Positions 8,690 to 19,721 are shown, counted from the stretch's first letter. The stretch is DNA of 55,478 nucleotides from Thermoplasmata archaeon (GCA_021787125.1 JAJYMI010000007.1:1-55478), one strand, 5' to 3'. Numbers and translations: made by a program. Notes: a model not told the origin generated them from the letters alone.

Positions 8690-9970
8690 CTACTGCGTTT
8701 TCTTTTCCAAATCAATGCACTGTCCTGCGGCCACCGTTTGTCCCATATCCCTTACGGCGAACCTCGCCATAGGTGGAAATTCCGACATTTTCTCGATGAC
8801 CATGGGCTTTGATGGAACGATCTTGACTATAGCTGCGTCACCGGTCTGGATGTGCTGTGGGTGATCTTCCTTAGTTGTTCCCTGTTTCGGATCAATGGTT
8901 TTTATTATCTCTGTTATCGTACAAGCGACCTGTGCCGTGTGGGTATGGAACACGGGCGTATATCCCGCTGCAATGATCGAAGGATGGTTGAGCACTACGA
9001 TTTGCCCTGTGAAACTGGCGACTACTGTCGGAGGACTAGAAACGAGACCAGCTACGTCTCCTCTCCTTATGTCCGTCTTTGCTATTCCTCTGACGTTGAA
9101 TCCCACATTGTCTCCGGGTTCTGCCTGTTGTATCTGTTCGTGGTGTTCTTCAATCGATTTTACCTCTCCCACCTTGTGGGAAGGTTCGAATATGATGTTG
9201 TCGCCGATCTTCATGACTCCCGTCTCAACTCTTCCTACTGGGACTGTTCCTATTCCTGTGATGGAATAAACGTCCTGTACTGGGAGCCTTAGCGGCTTGT
9301 CAGTCGGCTTTGGTGGAATTGTTAGCTGATTCAGGAGATCCAGGACCGTTGGACCCGTCCACCATGAGAGGTTTGCACTCTTCTTCATGATGTTGTCCCC
9401 CTTGTATCCTGATATCGGGATGACAGGAACGTTCTTGTATCCTACCGAGAGCAGGAGCTGTTCGATCTGCTTCTTGACTTCCTCGAACCTCTTCTGAGAG
9501 TAGGGTGGCTGGGTTGCGTCCATCTTGTTTACTAGAACGATCATCTGTGGAACTCCAAGCGTCCTTGCAAGGAAAACGTGTTCCCTTGTTTGAGCCATGA
9601 CACCCTCTCCGTCCCTTGCAGAGACGACGAGCAGCGCTGCATCTGCCTGGCTCGTTCCTGTGATCATGTTCTTTACAAAGTCCCTATGACCGGGAGCGTC
9701 TATGAGAGTGAAGTAGTACTTGTCAGTTTCAAACTTTCTGTGCGCGACATCTATTGTGACGCCTCTCTCTCTTTCCTCTTTAAGTCTATCCATAACCCAA
9801 GCGAACTCGAATGTTGCCTTTCCTTTCTCTTCAGCCTCTTTCTTGTATTCCTCGATAATATGAGCTGGAATTTCTCCGTGCTCGAATAGAAGTCTTCCTA
9901 CTGTGGTCGACTTACCATGATCAACGTGACCAATGGTTACGAGATTCAGATGTGGTTTTTGCGTAGCCAT
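8690..9970 (-). CDS. tuf: Elongation factor 1-alpha
   Basis: [37 protein letters not shown]. Confidence 0.99.
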   Translation of the reverse strand: MATQKPHLNLVTIGHVDHGKSTTVGRLLFEHGEIPAHIIEEYKKEAEEKGKATFEFAWVMDRLKEERERGVTIDVAHRKFETDKYYFTLIDAPGHRDFVKNMITGTSQADAALLVVSARDGEGVMAQTREHVFLARTLGVPQMIVLVNKMDATQPPYSQKRFEEVKKQIEQLLLSVGYKNVPVIPISGYKGDNIMKKSANLSWWTGPTVLDLLNQLTIPPKPTDKPLRLPVQDVYSITGIGTVPVGRVETGVMKIGDNIIFEPSHKVGEVKSIEEHHEQIQQAEPGDNVGFNVRGIAKTDIRRGDVAGLVSSPPTVVASFTGQIVVLNHPSIIAAGYTPVFHTHTAQVACTITEIIKTIDPKQGTTKEDHPQHIQTGDAAIVKIVPSKPMVIEKMSEFPPMARFAVRDMGQTVAAGQCIDLEKKTQ

Positions 9971-10103
9971 ACTATTGTGCCTCCATATTATACCTAGCTA
10001 CCGCCTATTTTATCTCCGTATATATCCTTTGTTGTGTCACCCTCTCGTTCCAAGTGTTGACGGTCTGGACTGTAGGTGATATACGTGGTCTCTGACCCGT
10101 CGA

Positions 10104-10685
10104 TCAACCGAAGAAAAAGATGTAGATGGCAGTCAAAAATAGGGCAGCAACAACGAACACATCGACTGTCGAAGGCTTTAACCTTGAAAGGCTTCTTGCG
10201 ACACCCTTCATTACGACCGCCAATACTATCAACAGTGCTACTACACTTGTTATGACAAAAGTGATGCTGATGGCAGCTATCTCCGTGCTTCCAAAATGAA
10301 AAGATGCTATGATGATGGGCAGGAGGACCGGATCAGGAAATATGCTCACCAGCAGGGAAGTGTTCTCGATGTTCTTGTTCTCCCTTCCTTCTCTGATGGT
10401 GTTCACCAGAATGTATATCGCTACCACTACCAGTACGACGATGGAGACTTCCTTCAGCGCGTTCAATCCAAAAATGCTTACTCCTAGGAACAGGGCAAAC
10501 AGCGAAAGGACTACAGAAGTGGAACCGTGAAGAAATCCCAGAAGCGTCGAAATGCCAAGAACTCTTCTCTTCTTGTAACCTCTTTTCAGCGAAAGAGCGG
10601 TCAGAGGGAGCCAGTGGTCCGGAGCGATCATGTGGAGGGATGCGACGATTACAGCTATCCCGACATATACCAACCCCGAATACAT
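10104..10685 (-). CDS. Putative Ni/Co transporter (NicO/RcnA/UreH-like membrane protein)
   Basis: About 6 TM segments; LHMIAPDHWLP and GFLHG His motifs typical of the group. Confidence 0.7.
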   Translation of the reverse strand: MYSGLVYVGIAVIVASLHMIAPDHWLPLTALSLKRGYKKRRVLGISTLLGFLHGSTSVVLSLFALFLGVSIFGLNALKEVSIVVLVVVAIYILVNTIREGRENKNIENTSLLVSIFPDPVLLPIIIASFHFGSTEIAAISITFVITSVVALLIVLAVVMKGVARSLSRLKPSTVDVFVVAALFLTAIYIFFFG

Positions 10686-10744
10686 TCTAGGGTGATGAGG
10701 TCTGCGTATTAAAATGTCTTTTGGAATGATTCCTTAGAGAATTC

Positions 10745-10788
10745 GAAAATAAATTGTGGAATGGAAGGAATTGTTTTCCTCCATTCAC
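10745..10788 (-). terminator. Hairpin plus T-rich tract downstream of EF-2
   Basis: Imperfect inverted repeat GTGGAATGGAAGGAA / TTCCTCCATTCAC (10756-10788) followed on the minus strand by AATTTATTTT. Confidence 0.45.
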
Positions 10789-10803
10789 CGTTACTAAAAT
10801 GGT

Positions 10804-13008
10804 TCAAAGATCTGCGTAGTATTTCGCGTCGTAGGGTTCTGGTTTGAGTCCCTTTCTTTCCCTGATCTTACCTACCACTGAGGACTGCAGATCCCTCGGC
10901 ACAGTCTGATGACCGTGATTCTCTGTGGACCACAATACTCTTCCTCCGGTGGCTCCCCTTATAGCGGATGCAAAACCGAACATTTCTGGAACCGGGACCA
11001 TGGCAGATATCTTGGACTGCTCTCCCTCCTGTTCCATTTCGGTAATGACTCCCCTTCTCTGCTGGAATTCTCTGGTGACTGAACCAGATTCCTCCAAGGG
11101 CGTATCTACAAAAACCTTCTGGACTGGTTCTAGAAGAACCCTGTTTGCCATGCACATCGCTCCGTATATGGCGTTCCTCACTGCAGGTATCACCTGAGCG
11201 GGGCCCCTGTGGATGCTGTCTTCGTGGAGCTTCGCATCTTCCAGCATGACTTTGACTCCATACACTCTCTCGTTGGCAAGAGGTCCTCTGTCAATTGCCT
11301 CCGTGAACGCCTCCTTAACGAGTTCCATGGTTTCGCTCAGGTACTGAATACCCTTTGTCATGTCAAGAAGAACATTCGGGCCATGCACAGCTTCGATTCC
11401 CTTTGCCTCGTCCCTGTCTAGCCCCAACTCCTGGAGTGTTGCTATCACTGCCTTCTTGTCCTTTATCCTGTCTGCCTGTGCGATATCCCCCTTAAGGATT
11501 GCCTCAACGATCGGTTTTTCAAGAGGTTCAACCTCCACGTAGAATCTGTTGTGCTTGTTTGGGGACTTACCCTCAAACGGTCCACCTTTGGCCTGAACCG
11601 TTTCCCTGTACACAACTATGGGGTCAGATGTATCGACCTCGACCTTGTGCTCGTTCTTTATCCTGTAGAGAGTGACGTCTAGATGGAGTTCGCCCATACC
11701 TGACATAAGGTGTTCTCCGGTCTCCTGGTTGATCTCCACCTCGATGCTTGGATCTGCTTTTGCGATAGTCCTCAAGACCTCTATGAGTCTGGGGAGATCC
11801 TTTGTGTGCTTTGCTTCGATGGCCACCGTGACAACGGGTTCCGAATAGTGGACCATCGGTTCGAAAACATCCATGTTCCCGATACTCGACACGGTAGAGC
11901 CTGCAATTGCATCCTTGAGTCCTACGACCGCAGGGATGTTCCCAGCGTCCATCTCGTCAATCGATATCCTGTCGGGGCCCACCATCATTGCCAACTGCTG
12001 TACTTTGTATTTTCTATCGCCCGCACCTGAAATGTATAACTCAACACCCTTCACCAGCTTTCCGCTGAAGAGTCTTCCAACCGCGACCTCTCCTGCATGT
12101 TCATCGACTATTATCTTCGTGATCATCATCATTACTGGCCCGTCGGAGTCACACGTCGTCATTGCCTTGCCAACTTCTGACGTTATCTCTCCCTTCCATA
12201 TCTGCGGAATCCTGTACACCTGTGCGATCTTGGGGGAAGGAAGGTGATGCACCACCGCATCCAGGAGAACCTTGTGTAGCGGGGATTTCTTTGCCAGAGT
12301 CTTCTGGTCCCCGGCTTGAAGGTGCTGATAGACTTCCCTGAAACCTATAGATGACCTGGGAGTGTACTTGGTAGAGACTGCCCAGTTGTTGAACGCCGAA
12401 CCGAAAATGACAGAACCATTCTCCACGTTGACCTGCCACGATTCCTTGAATTCCTCGGGAGCATACCTCTTCAGCAGCCTGTTGACCTCTGTTATTATCT
12501 TGACGAACCTCTTCATCATGTCGTCGGGCCCCAACTTCAGTTCGTTGATCAGCCTGTCGACCTTGTTTATGAAGAGTATTGGTTTGACCTTCTCTCTCAG
12601 AGCCTGACGGATGACCGTCTCGGTCTGGGGCATAGGTCCCTCTACCGAGTCAACCACTATAACGGCACCATCCACCGCTCTCATCGCTCTTGTGACGTCT
12701 CCGCCGAAATCCACATGTCCCGGGGTATCGATCAGATTTACCAGGTAGGTTGTGCCCTCGACCTCGTGAACCATCGATGCGGATGCAGCGTTGATTGTTA
12801 TTCCCCTCGCCTGTTCCTGCTCATCGAAATCCAGGACCAGCTGCTTTCCAGCCAGCTCTTCGCTCATCATGCCTGCACCTGCGATCAGGTTGTCGGATAA
12901 CGTTGTCTTGCCGTGATCTATGTGCGCAGCTATTCCAATGTTTCTGATCCTGGTTATATCCTTCATTATTTCAGAAGCTTTCTGAATGTTGTCCTCTTTT
13001 CTTCCCAT
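10804..13008 (-). CDS. fusA: Elongation factor 2
   Basis: AHIDHGKTT, DTPGHVDF, NKVD; diphthamide loop HEDSIHRGPAQ intact. Confidence 0.99.
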   Translation of the reverse strand: MGRKEDNIQKASEIMKDITRIRNIGIAAHIDHGKTTLSDNLIAGAGMMSEELAGKQLVLDFDEQEQARGITINAASASMVHEVEGTTYLVNLIDTPGHVDFGGDVTRAMRAVDGAVIVVDSVEGPMPQTETVIRQALREKVKPILFINKVDRLINELKLGPDDMMKRFVKIITEVNRLLKRYAPEEFKESWQVNVENGSVIFGSAFNNWAVSTKYTPRSSIGFREVYQHLQAGDQKTLAKKSPLHKVLLDAVVHHLPSPKIAQVYRIPQIWKGEITSEVGKAMTTCDSDGPVMMMITKIIVDEHAGEVAVGRLFSGKLVKGVELYISGAGDRKYKVQQLAMMVGPDRISIDEMDAGNIPAVVGLKDAIAGSTVSSIGNMDVFEPMVHYSEPVVTVAIEAKHTKDLPRLIEVLRTIAKADPSIEVEINQETGEHLMSGMGELHLDVTLYRIKNEHKVEVDTSDPIVVYRETVQAKGGPFEGKSPNKHNRFYVEVEPLEKPIVEAILKGDIAQADRIKDKKAVIATLQELGLDRDEAKGIEAVHGPNVLLDMTKGIQYLSETMELVKEAFTEAIDRGPLANERVYGVKVMLEDAKLHEDSIHRGPAQVIPAVRNAIYGAMCMANRVLLEPVQKVFVDTPLEESGSVTREFQQRRGVITEMEQEGEQSKISAMVPVPEMFGFASAIRGATGGRVLWSTENHGHQTVPRDLQSSVVGKIRERKGLKPEPYDAKYYADL

Positions 13009-13014
13009 TCAAAA

Positions 13015-13581
13015 TCACCTCGCTGAGGAAGCTTGCCTTTCCTTGTCGTCCTTCTCTTTTATCGAGTAACAACTAGGATCGTTCTTCGCTGCAGCTATAA
13101 TTTCATCTGCGAGCGCATCCTTCATGTTCTTCTTCGTCTTCTTCGCCGTCTGTCTTGCGCCAGAAGAAATGTTCCTTATCGCAAGATCCAGTCTCCTTGA
13201 GGAACTGGTATCTACTGACTTCGGTACAGCAATTCCGCCGTACTTCAGTCTCGTGATCTCCTCCCTCGGACCGGCGTTCTGTATTGCGTTGACGTATACC
13301 TGGACCGGGTTCTCTTTCGTCTTTTTCTCGACCGTCTCAAAGGCGAGCTTCACTGTTCTGTAGGCGCTTTGCTTCTTTCCAGTCCACCTAATCGTCCTCA
13401 TGAGATTGTTTATCAATCTCTCCACCACGTTCATCTGTGCCTTTCCCATGAACTTGTTTGCGTGTTTTCCTCCGCTGTGGAGTGTTGCGGTTGGCTTTAG
13501 TGAAATGTATTTGGTGAGACCTGGATCTACGACCGAGATGCCTTCAGTCTCCCACTTTTCAAAAACGAGAATGCCTGCCAT
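13015..13581 (-). CDS. rps7: 30S ribosomal protein S7 (uS7)
   Basis: VERLINNLM, NPVQV..AIQNAGPREE, ERQASSAR; ATG at 13581 follows an AGGTGA SD. Confidence 0.97.
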   Translation of the reverse strand: MAGILVFEKWETEGISVVDPGLTKYISLKPTATLHSGGKHANKFMGKAQMNVVERLINNLMRTIRWTGKKQSAYRTVKLAFETVEKKTKENPVQVYVNAIQNAGPREEITRLKYGGIAVPKSVDTSSSRRLDLAIRNISSGARQTAKKTKKNMKDALADEIIAAAKNDPSCYSIKEKDDKERQASSAR

Positions 13582-13586
13582 TTGAC

Positions 13587-14015
13587 TCACCTGACTGGTT
13601 TCTCCTTTCTCCCCTTTACCAGCTCTTTCAGGGAAACGTTGTTGACCTTTATTACCTTGTATCTCACGCCCGGAATGTCTCCCTTGGACCTGCCCATTCT
13701 TCCTCCTATTCCTTCCACGACGACCTCGTCGTGTTCGTCAATGAAGTTTATAGCGCCATCGCCGGGTGCAAATGCGGTAAGCTGTCTGCCGTTCTTTATG
13801 AGCTGTATCTTGACACACTTCCTTATTGCAGAATTCGGCTGTTTGGCCTCTATTCCGACCTTTTCAATAACGATTCCTCTTGCCTGGGGAGCACCCTCTA
13901 GAGGATCACTCTTGATCTTTAATCTCAGCACTCTTCTCTTGTAATCCCTATCCGACCATCGTAACTTGTCTCTATTAGTTCTAACCTGTTTTCCACCCAT
14001 TAGTCCGTTAGGCAA
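13587..14015 (-). CDS. rps12: 30S ribosomal protein S12 (uS12)
   Basis: [23 protein letters not shown] start at 14015 after a GAGGTGA SD. Confidence 0.97.
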   Translation of the reverse strand: MPNGLMGGKQVRTNRDKLRWSDRDYKRRVLRLKIKSDPLEGAPQARGIVIEKVGIEAKQPNSAIRKCVKIQLIKNGRQLTAFAPGDGAINFIDEHDEVVVEGIGGRMGRSKGDIPGVRYKVIKVNNVSLKELVKGRKEKPVR

Positions 14016-14175
14016 TTGTTTCACCTCAAGGCGCCTTTCAAAATGGTGAAGGCATATAAAAATATGCCTATCACTGTACAGGCGGACATGGTATCATGTA
14101 TATTCATGATTGGAATCATCCCAGGAAAAAAATCTTTCAAAGGTAAAGATAGAAAATACCGTTGCCTCTTTCCCT

Positions 14176-14589
14176 TCAGAGGAGTGAAACGACCTTTGGA
14201 TAGAGCACCGTTTCTTCTTGCTTGTGATGCTCCGCTAGAGTTTCCTTCAGCGTATTGAGATCGTTCTCAGTCTCCGTCCATCCAGTGTAAGTTGACTCTA
14301 CAGACTGCTCCACCAACTTCATTATCTTTGTGTGTTCTTGAAGAATCTTTATGTAAGGTTCTGACGCATCTTTCCCGATCTTGTCTATGAGAAATTTCAG
14401 CAGGACTCCCTCTTCATCAATGATGTGCTGTGAGAGCGTTTCCCTGACTTCAGCTATGACTGGGAAAGCTCCACTCAGATTCCCCGTTTTGTAGGTGATG
14501 ACTGCGTCGTCGATAGTGGCTGGAAGAGTGGTGTGTTCTTCCCTGAGTTTCTCGATCAGTTCCTTAATAGGCAATTCCCTAGCTTTCAT
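14176..14589 (-). CDS. Hemerythrin-like HHE domain protein
   Basis: EEH, HIIDEE, EH, HHKQEE..LYP pattern. Confidence 0.8.
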   Translation of the reverse strand: MKARELPIKELIEKLREEHTTLPATIDDAVITYKTGNLSGAFPVIAEVRETLSQHIIDEEGVLLKFLIDKIGKDASEPYIKILQEHTKIMKLVEQSVESTYTGWTETENDLNTLKETLAEHHKQEETVLYPKVVSLL

Positions 14590-14795
14590 GTTCGGTTAGA
14601 CTGACTTATCATTTAATCTTTTCAAGGTCCGTGATGTCTCAAATTGGTTTTGACCAGGTGTGATACTAGATCTCGTTCATCTTCTTTTTACATCCTGCAT
14701 TCTGGATCTAGTTGTAGACCAGCAAAGCAGGTGAATGAGCGCTCAAAACTTAAGTCTCCTCAAAATATTTAAATACCACCGAATCAATTAAATTT

Positions 14796-16397
14796 ATGTC
14801 GGAAAATCTGCATCTTAAAAGAGAACTCTCATTCCCCGACTTGATAATTCTTGGAATTGTTGGTGCTGTAGGCACGGGGATTCTTTTTTCCAGTGCAGCG
14901 ATGACAGGGATTGCCGGTCCCGCTAGCTTGCTGTCTTGGCTACTCGGCGGAATTTTTTACCTGTTCATTGGATTTACGTTCGTGGAATTGTCTGCTACAT
15001 ATCCGGAGGCAGGTGGGCCTTCCAGGTATGCACTGTACACACATGGCTGGTTCACAAATCTGATAAATTCATTTGCTGACCTGATATGGTACCTTTTTAT
15101 TGCACCCATTGAGGCATTCGCAATCGTTTATGGCCTCACCATCTTTGATCCGGGTCTTGTCACGGCAAGTGGATTTCCTACAATCGCTGGTGCAGGACTC
15201 GCAGTACTCTTGCTGCTGATAATGATTCCGTTCAATTATTTGGGCACAAGGGTTTTCGGAAAATCCACATTCTTCCTCGGCATTGCGAAGTTGATCTTCT
15301 ATCTCGCCGTTGCGTTTGGTCTAGTAGCCGTTGTTTTCCACGCGGTTAACTTCAGAATATACGGAGGCATAGCTCCCTTCGGGGCGGCTGGAATTTTTGC
15401 GGCCACACCGTTTGCGATGTTTGCCTTTGGTGGAATAAGAGTCTTGCCCGATTACGCTGAAGAGACCAAGAACTACAAGAAGTTGCCTCTCGCCATAATA
15501 ATAGTGGTGGTGGGTCAGCTCCTCATCTACCTTCTGTTTGATTTCGTGTTCGTCAGCGGAATAGACTGGACAAAACTCGGCATAACACCTGGAAACTGGG
15601 CAGGGGTATCCTCTATTGCGGGAAATCCGTTCATCACAATGTCTCATGACTACAACGCTCCTTTCCTGTTTATCCTGACTCTGATCGTGGGCATAATCGG
15701 TCCCTTTGTCGTTGGATACATCTACCTCGGAGGAGGATCGAGGATAATATTCGCTATGAGCAGAACGAGGATAATGCCGCAGCTGGCAAAATTCCTGCAC
15801 AAGAAGTTCATAATTCCGTACTGGGCAATAATCATAATAGCCGCCGTCGGTGCTTTCCTTGCATTCCTCGCCGCACCACTTCCGAACATCTACACACTCA
15901 TAGAAGATGCTGTGGTCGCTGGCTATCTTGGTTTTTCGGTAAATCCAGTTGCACTGGTAGTTTCAAGAAGGCAGGGAGAGACCAAGTGGAGAATGCCTGG
16001 GGGCTACATACTGGCCCCAATAGGGTTTGCAGCAGCGGCGCTGATAATCTTCTGGAGCGGTTGGATAACCGTCTATTATGCAGTGCTGATCCTGCTTGGA
16101 GCGGTGATATTGTTTGGTCTGATACAGCCCGCTATAAGAGGTACTTGGAAGAGAGACTTAAAGAACTTCCCCAACTCTCTGTGGTACATTTTCTACATAG
16201 CTTTCCTACTGTTCATGACTTACATAGGAAGCGACGGTGCATTGAGCGTGGTGTCGTTCTACGATGCGACGGCTATCACTGTAGTCGTTTCGTTGGCAGT
16301 ATTCTTCCCACTGGGAGTCCTGTCGGGACTGAAGACGAAGTTAGAAGTCCCTGAATATAGGGCTGACGTCGAAGTTTCATCGGGGGCGGCTAAGTAA
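14796..16397 (+). CDS. APC family amino acid permease
   Basis: GAVGTGI, ELSATYPEAGG, FAFGG..AEE; many TM segments. Confidence 0.93.
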   Translation: MSENLHLKRELSFPDLIILGIVGAVGTGILFSSAAMTGIAGPASLLSWLLGGIFYLFIGFTFVELSATYPEAGGPSRYALYTHGWFTNLINSFADLIWYLFIAPIEAFAIVYGLTIFDPGLVTASGFPTIAGAGLAVLLLLIMIPFNYLGTRVFGKSTFFLGIAKLIFYLAVAFGLVAVVFHAVNFRIYGGIAPFGAAGIFAATPFAMFAFGGIRVLPDYAEETKNYKKLPLAIIIVVVGQLLIYLLFDFVFVSGIDWTKLGITPGNWAGVSSIAGNPFITMSHDYNAPFLFILTLIVGIIGPFVVGYIYLGGGSRIIFAMSRTRIMPQLAKFLHKKFIIPYWAIIIIAAVGAFLAFLAAPLPNIYTLIEDAVVAGYLGFSVNPVALVVSRRQGETKWRMPGGYILAPIGFAAAALIIFWSGWITVYYAVLILLGAVILFGLIQPAIRGTWKRDLKNFPNSLWYIFYIAFLLFMTYIGSDGALSVVSFYDATAITVVVSLAVFFPLGVLSGLKTKLEVPEYRADVEVSSGAAK

Positions 16398-16407
16398 GTA
16401 CCGTGAG

Positions 16408-17328
16408 ATGCTAGTAATCAACGATTCGGACGTTACGGAGAACACAGACTATAGAACTCTAACTAAAGAGTTGAAGAGCGAGTTCATTAGGTTACGGGAA
16501 GGTACGGCGAAGAATCTCTACAGGAAACGTCTTGAGTCAAGCCAGGGAATCCTGGACATCATGGGAGGAATAGATGAGGAGGAAGGGGTAGGGGCAGTTA
16601 AACAGTACTTCTATGGCCAGAATATCAATTTTCTTATTTCTCTTTTTTCGACCAGGACTTCGGAAATACTAGCGATCTTTCCGGGTAGAGTAGTCACCAG
16701 AATAAGGACAGCAGCGGCGTCTGCTCTAGCTACCGACATTCTCTCAAAGAGGGATTCTAGCGTGATTGGTTGCATTGGCGCAGGCTACCAAGCATCCGAA
16801 CAGGTCAGAGCGATGTCCCAGATGAGGACCATCAAGAGAGTGATGGTAAGCGACCTTGACCCGGAGAAGTTGATGGCCTTCAAGAGGATGGTAGAAGAAC
16901 AACTTGGTGTTGAGGCGGTTGCGAAGAAGAGTGTGGATGAGTCATTCAGGGAAGCGGACATTATCTTGACTGCAACTAATTCTGATGTCCCAGTCATAAG
17001 AGACGAATTTATCGGAGACAGCTGTTACATCAATTCTATCGGCAGCTACACCCCAAGAATGAGAGAGATAGAGACATCGACAATATGCAAATCGAGAATA
17101 GTTGCTGTGGATTCACTGGAAGAGACTTCCAGGAACACTGGAGAGTTGATCGACGCTCTGTCATCAGGCTGCGTGGATAGTGGTGAGATAAACGAGTTCA
17201 CAGATCTTGTCACTGAAAACATCAAGATAAGAAGAAAGTCTGAACGAGAGAGCAGTTATTTCAAGTCCATAGGAGTTGGAATCGAAGACCTGACAATAGC
17301 ATATTATCTCTACTCAAATTTCTCCTAA
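16408..17328 (+). CDS. Ornithine cyclodeaminase/mu-crystallin family protein
   Basis: TRIRTAAASALA, IGAGYQA, NSIGSY.P.MRE, FKSIGVGIED. Confidence 0.92.
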   Translation: MLVINDSDVTENTDYRTLTKELKSEFIRLREGTAKNLYRKRLESSQGILDIMGGIDEEEGVGAVKQYFYGQNINFLISLFSTRTSEILAIFPGRVVTRIRTAAASALATDILSKRDSSVIGCIGAGYQASEQVRAMSQMRTIKRVMVSDLDPEKLMAFKRMVEEQLGVEAVAKKSVDESFREADIILTATNSDVPVIRDEFIGDSCYINSIGSYTPRMREIETSTICKSRIVAVDSLEETSRNTGELIDALSSGCVDSGEINEFTDLVTENIKIRRKSERESSYFKSIGVGIEDLTIAYYLYSNFS

Positions 17329-17425
17329 GACTGTGCCTCATGTTCTACAGAACCGACTTGGCCTATCTTCCTTGAGCGCTGAATCAGAAGAACGCTTTTG
17401 GATTAGCCAGCGAAACGTTCTAGAA

Positions 17426-18625
17426 TCAGTAGATCGTTCCTATCTCTGTGTACTTGGACGTAATAAGCTTGCCTTCCTTGAAACGATCCGGGCTGAATTT
17501 CCTCCAGTCAAAGGTAGCTCTTTCAGGTGGCACGTCTGTGACCATTTCGGAAGTTATAAGGCCGTAAGCCGGAGACAGCTTGAATCCATGTCCGCTCAGT
17601 CCAACACAAGCATAGACGCCCTCAAGTCCCAGTCCATCGAGGGAAGATATTATCGCTTGTCCATCGGGGGTCATGTCGTAGAGTCCCGTGACGGATGAAA
17701 CGACGGTCGCTTCTCCCATTCCTGGTATCCTATCTGTCAGGCGGCTGACGTAATCTTCTATGTAATCATATTCGGCGGCTTCTGGTAGATTGTCTTCTAT
17801 GTTTACTGGCTTCTTGTCAATCTCGGGATCGAGACTCCCCGCAGCCAATAGGGTCGACCCTTCCATCTTGTAGTATGCCAGATTTGGTGGATCCCATAGG
17901 ACCGGTTTTTCTCCTTGAAACTTTGCCGGTCTCTTTAGGTATATCACGGAGTGCATGGACGCAGTGATTGGGAAAAGTTTGTTCTTGGATACGCCGGAAT
18001 TTTCCAACAACTTGTTCGTCCAGACATTTGTCGCCAGGATCACCTTTTTTCCAGTCAGGGTAGAGCCGTCGTTCAAGTGGATTTTGACCTTACCGTTACC
18101 AGACTCTAACCTCTTTGCTTCCTTTCCGACCCTGACTACTACTCCAGAATTTCTCGCAGCTTCCGCATAGGAATTTGATACGGCCACTGGATCTGCATAT
18201 CCGCTGAGCGGTTCGAAAACGACGTAATCGAATCCACTCAGGGAAATTCCCGGAAAGTGCTTTTCGATTTCTCTTGAGGACGATTCTACCTCTTTGATCC
18301 CGAGTCCCCTGAGCATTTCCACATTTTCTTTCGCGGTGTCTCTGTACTTTTCGTCGAATGGAAAGAACATCCCCGGCTGATGCAACCCGGAGAAACCGAT
18401 GGAATCGAAGTTAGAAATGACATCGAACGAGTACTTGCCCATTGCCGCGATCAACTCGTTGCTGTAGTGCGTTCTGATCAGAGCGCTGGATTTAGCAGTA
18501 TTACCGGTGGCGATCCCTTTTGAGTCGATCAGAAGCACTTTTCCTCCGTATTTTCTCAGATAATAGGAGATACTTGTTCCCGTGCTCCCTGCTCCTACTA
18601 TGATAAAATCGAAGTCGGGGTCCAT
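17426..18625 (-). CDS. FAD-dependent oxidoreductase (DAO/sarcosine oxidase beta-like)
   Basis: IIVGAGSTG, YDMTPDG, GLSGHGFKLSPA. Confidence 0.9.
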   Translation of the reverse strand: MDPDFDFIIVGAGSTGTSISYYLRKYGGKVLLIDSKGIATGNTAKSSALIRTHYSNELIAAMGKYSFDVISNFDSIGFSGLHQPGMFFPFDEKYRDTAKENVEMLRGLGIKEVESSSREIEKHFPGISLSGFDYVVFEPLSGYADPVAVSNSYAEAARNSGVVVRVGKEAKRLESGNGKVKIHLNDGSTLTGKKVILATNVWTNKLLENSGVSKNKLFPITASMHSVIYLKRPAKFQGEKPVLWDPPNLAYYKMEGSTLLAAGSLDPEIDKKPVNIEDNLPEAAEYDYIEDYVSRLTDRIPGMGEATVVSSVTGLYDMTPDGQAIISSLDGLGLEGVYACVGLSGHGFKLSPAYGLITSEMVTDVPPERATFDWRKFSPDRFKEGKLITSKYTEIGTIY

Positions 18626-18654
18626 ACGATCCCATGGGGAATCTGTACTATAAT

Positions 18655-19692
18655 TTAGTCCTTGTTCGAGACCTTCGAGTTCTCCGCTGTCGCAGCTCTA
18701 TCGGCCAAATAGTATCTGTTCCTGAATTTGAATATGTAGATCGTAGTGCTTCCGACCAGTCCCTTCTCCATGCTCCTTCTTTCCTCATAATACTTCGATG
18801 GATCCACTGAGTATCTCAGGACAACTTTACCAGCCTTTTCCAGGATCAACTTCTTCCTTGCTTCTTCCAGACTGATCGCAGAATCTATCACAGAATAGGA
18901 CCTGACAATGAACGGATCTAGAATGAGCTTCTCACCCGTGAGCAGCGTCTTCTGCCTGTCCTGATGCAACAGACTCAAGTCCTTCTTCTCTTGCAGGAAT
19001 TCAGGAAGCAGCCCTGAATAATACAGAGAACCGTCCAGATCATATAACCACTTTTTTGGACGCTCTGTGTATTCAACTTTCCTTGACAAGTCCTTGTTGT
19101 AAACAATTCTGTTTCCACTCGGAAGATTAAGTGCACTCTTCTTGAACCTTTTGAGCCCGCCGAGATACGTGCTGAGCTGTTTCAGCTCACCCTGAAGCGA
19201 TATATACTCAAGCTCCCAGTCGTCAGGCACAAGACTGGGCGACATGAATGCGGGGATATCGAAGGATATGTTTTCTGACGCGTACAGTTTTACCACCTCC
19301 AGCGGGTTAGGAGACAGATCCGAGAACGACCAACCATCGCCGGTCTTCTTTCTGGACGGATCAGAATGAGTTGTGTCAACGTCTCTCAACATCTTGACGA
19401 CGTTTTCATCAGTGGCATTACCTTCAATGAACTCTACGTTTGTTATTCCCATGGTCTCTGCATTCTTCCTGCAGTCTTCCATCCTTTTGTGATCGTTTTC
19501 TACTGCCACCACTCGTCTTGAAGCTAAAGCGAAATAGAGTGCCTGCACTCCTATCCCCGATCCTAGGTCGGCAATGCTGTCTGTCTTCAACCTCTTCGCT
19601 CTGTACTCTGCTATCTGTGGAGGGGTACTCATCCTGAAACCCTCGTCGTCGAAAACGAACTTGTCGATAAGCTGCTTCTTGACTTCGGTCAT
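18655..19692 (-). CDS. Class I SAM-dependent methyltransferase, probably RNA-directed
   Basis: STPPQIAEYRAKRL, IADLGSGIG, SDPSR. Confidence 0.8.
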   Translation of the reverse strand: MTEVKKQLIDKFVFDDEGFRMSTPPQIAEYRAKRLKTDSIADLGSGIGVQALYFALASRRVVAVENDHKRMEDCRKNAETMGITNVEFIEGNATDENVVKMLRDVDTTHSDPSRKKTGDGWSFSDLSPNPLEVVKLYASENISFDIPAFMSPSLVPDDWELEYISLQGELKQLSTYLGGLKRFKKSALNLPSGNRIVYNKDLSRKVEYTERPKKWLYDLDGSLYYSGLLPEFLQEKKDLSLLHQDRQKTLLTGEKLILDPFIVRSYSVIDSAISLEEARKKLILEKAGKVVLRYSVDPSKYYEERRSMEKGLVGSTTIYIFKFRNRYYLADRAATAENSKVSNKD

Positions 19693-19721
19693 TCTCTTCC
19701 TGGGTTCAAAACACCTGAGGG

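Noticed and set aside
10054..10096. Degenerate C/D-like pattern (GTGTTGA...CTGT...GTGATA...CTGA) with 8-nt complementarity to a conserved 23S segment
   Set aside because: Three of four boxes are off consensus and the spacing is short; a match this short arises by chance
14736..14745. TGAGCGCTCA, the core of the symmetric lac operator
   Set aside because: A 10-bp palindrome is expected by chance in 55 kb; no LacI-family gene in the window
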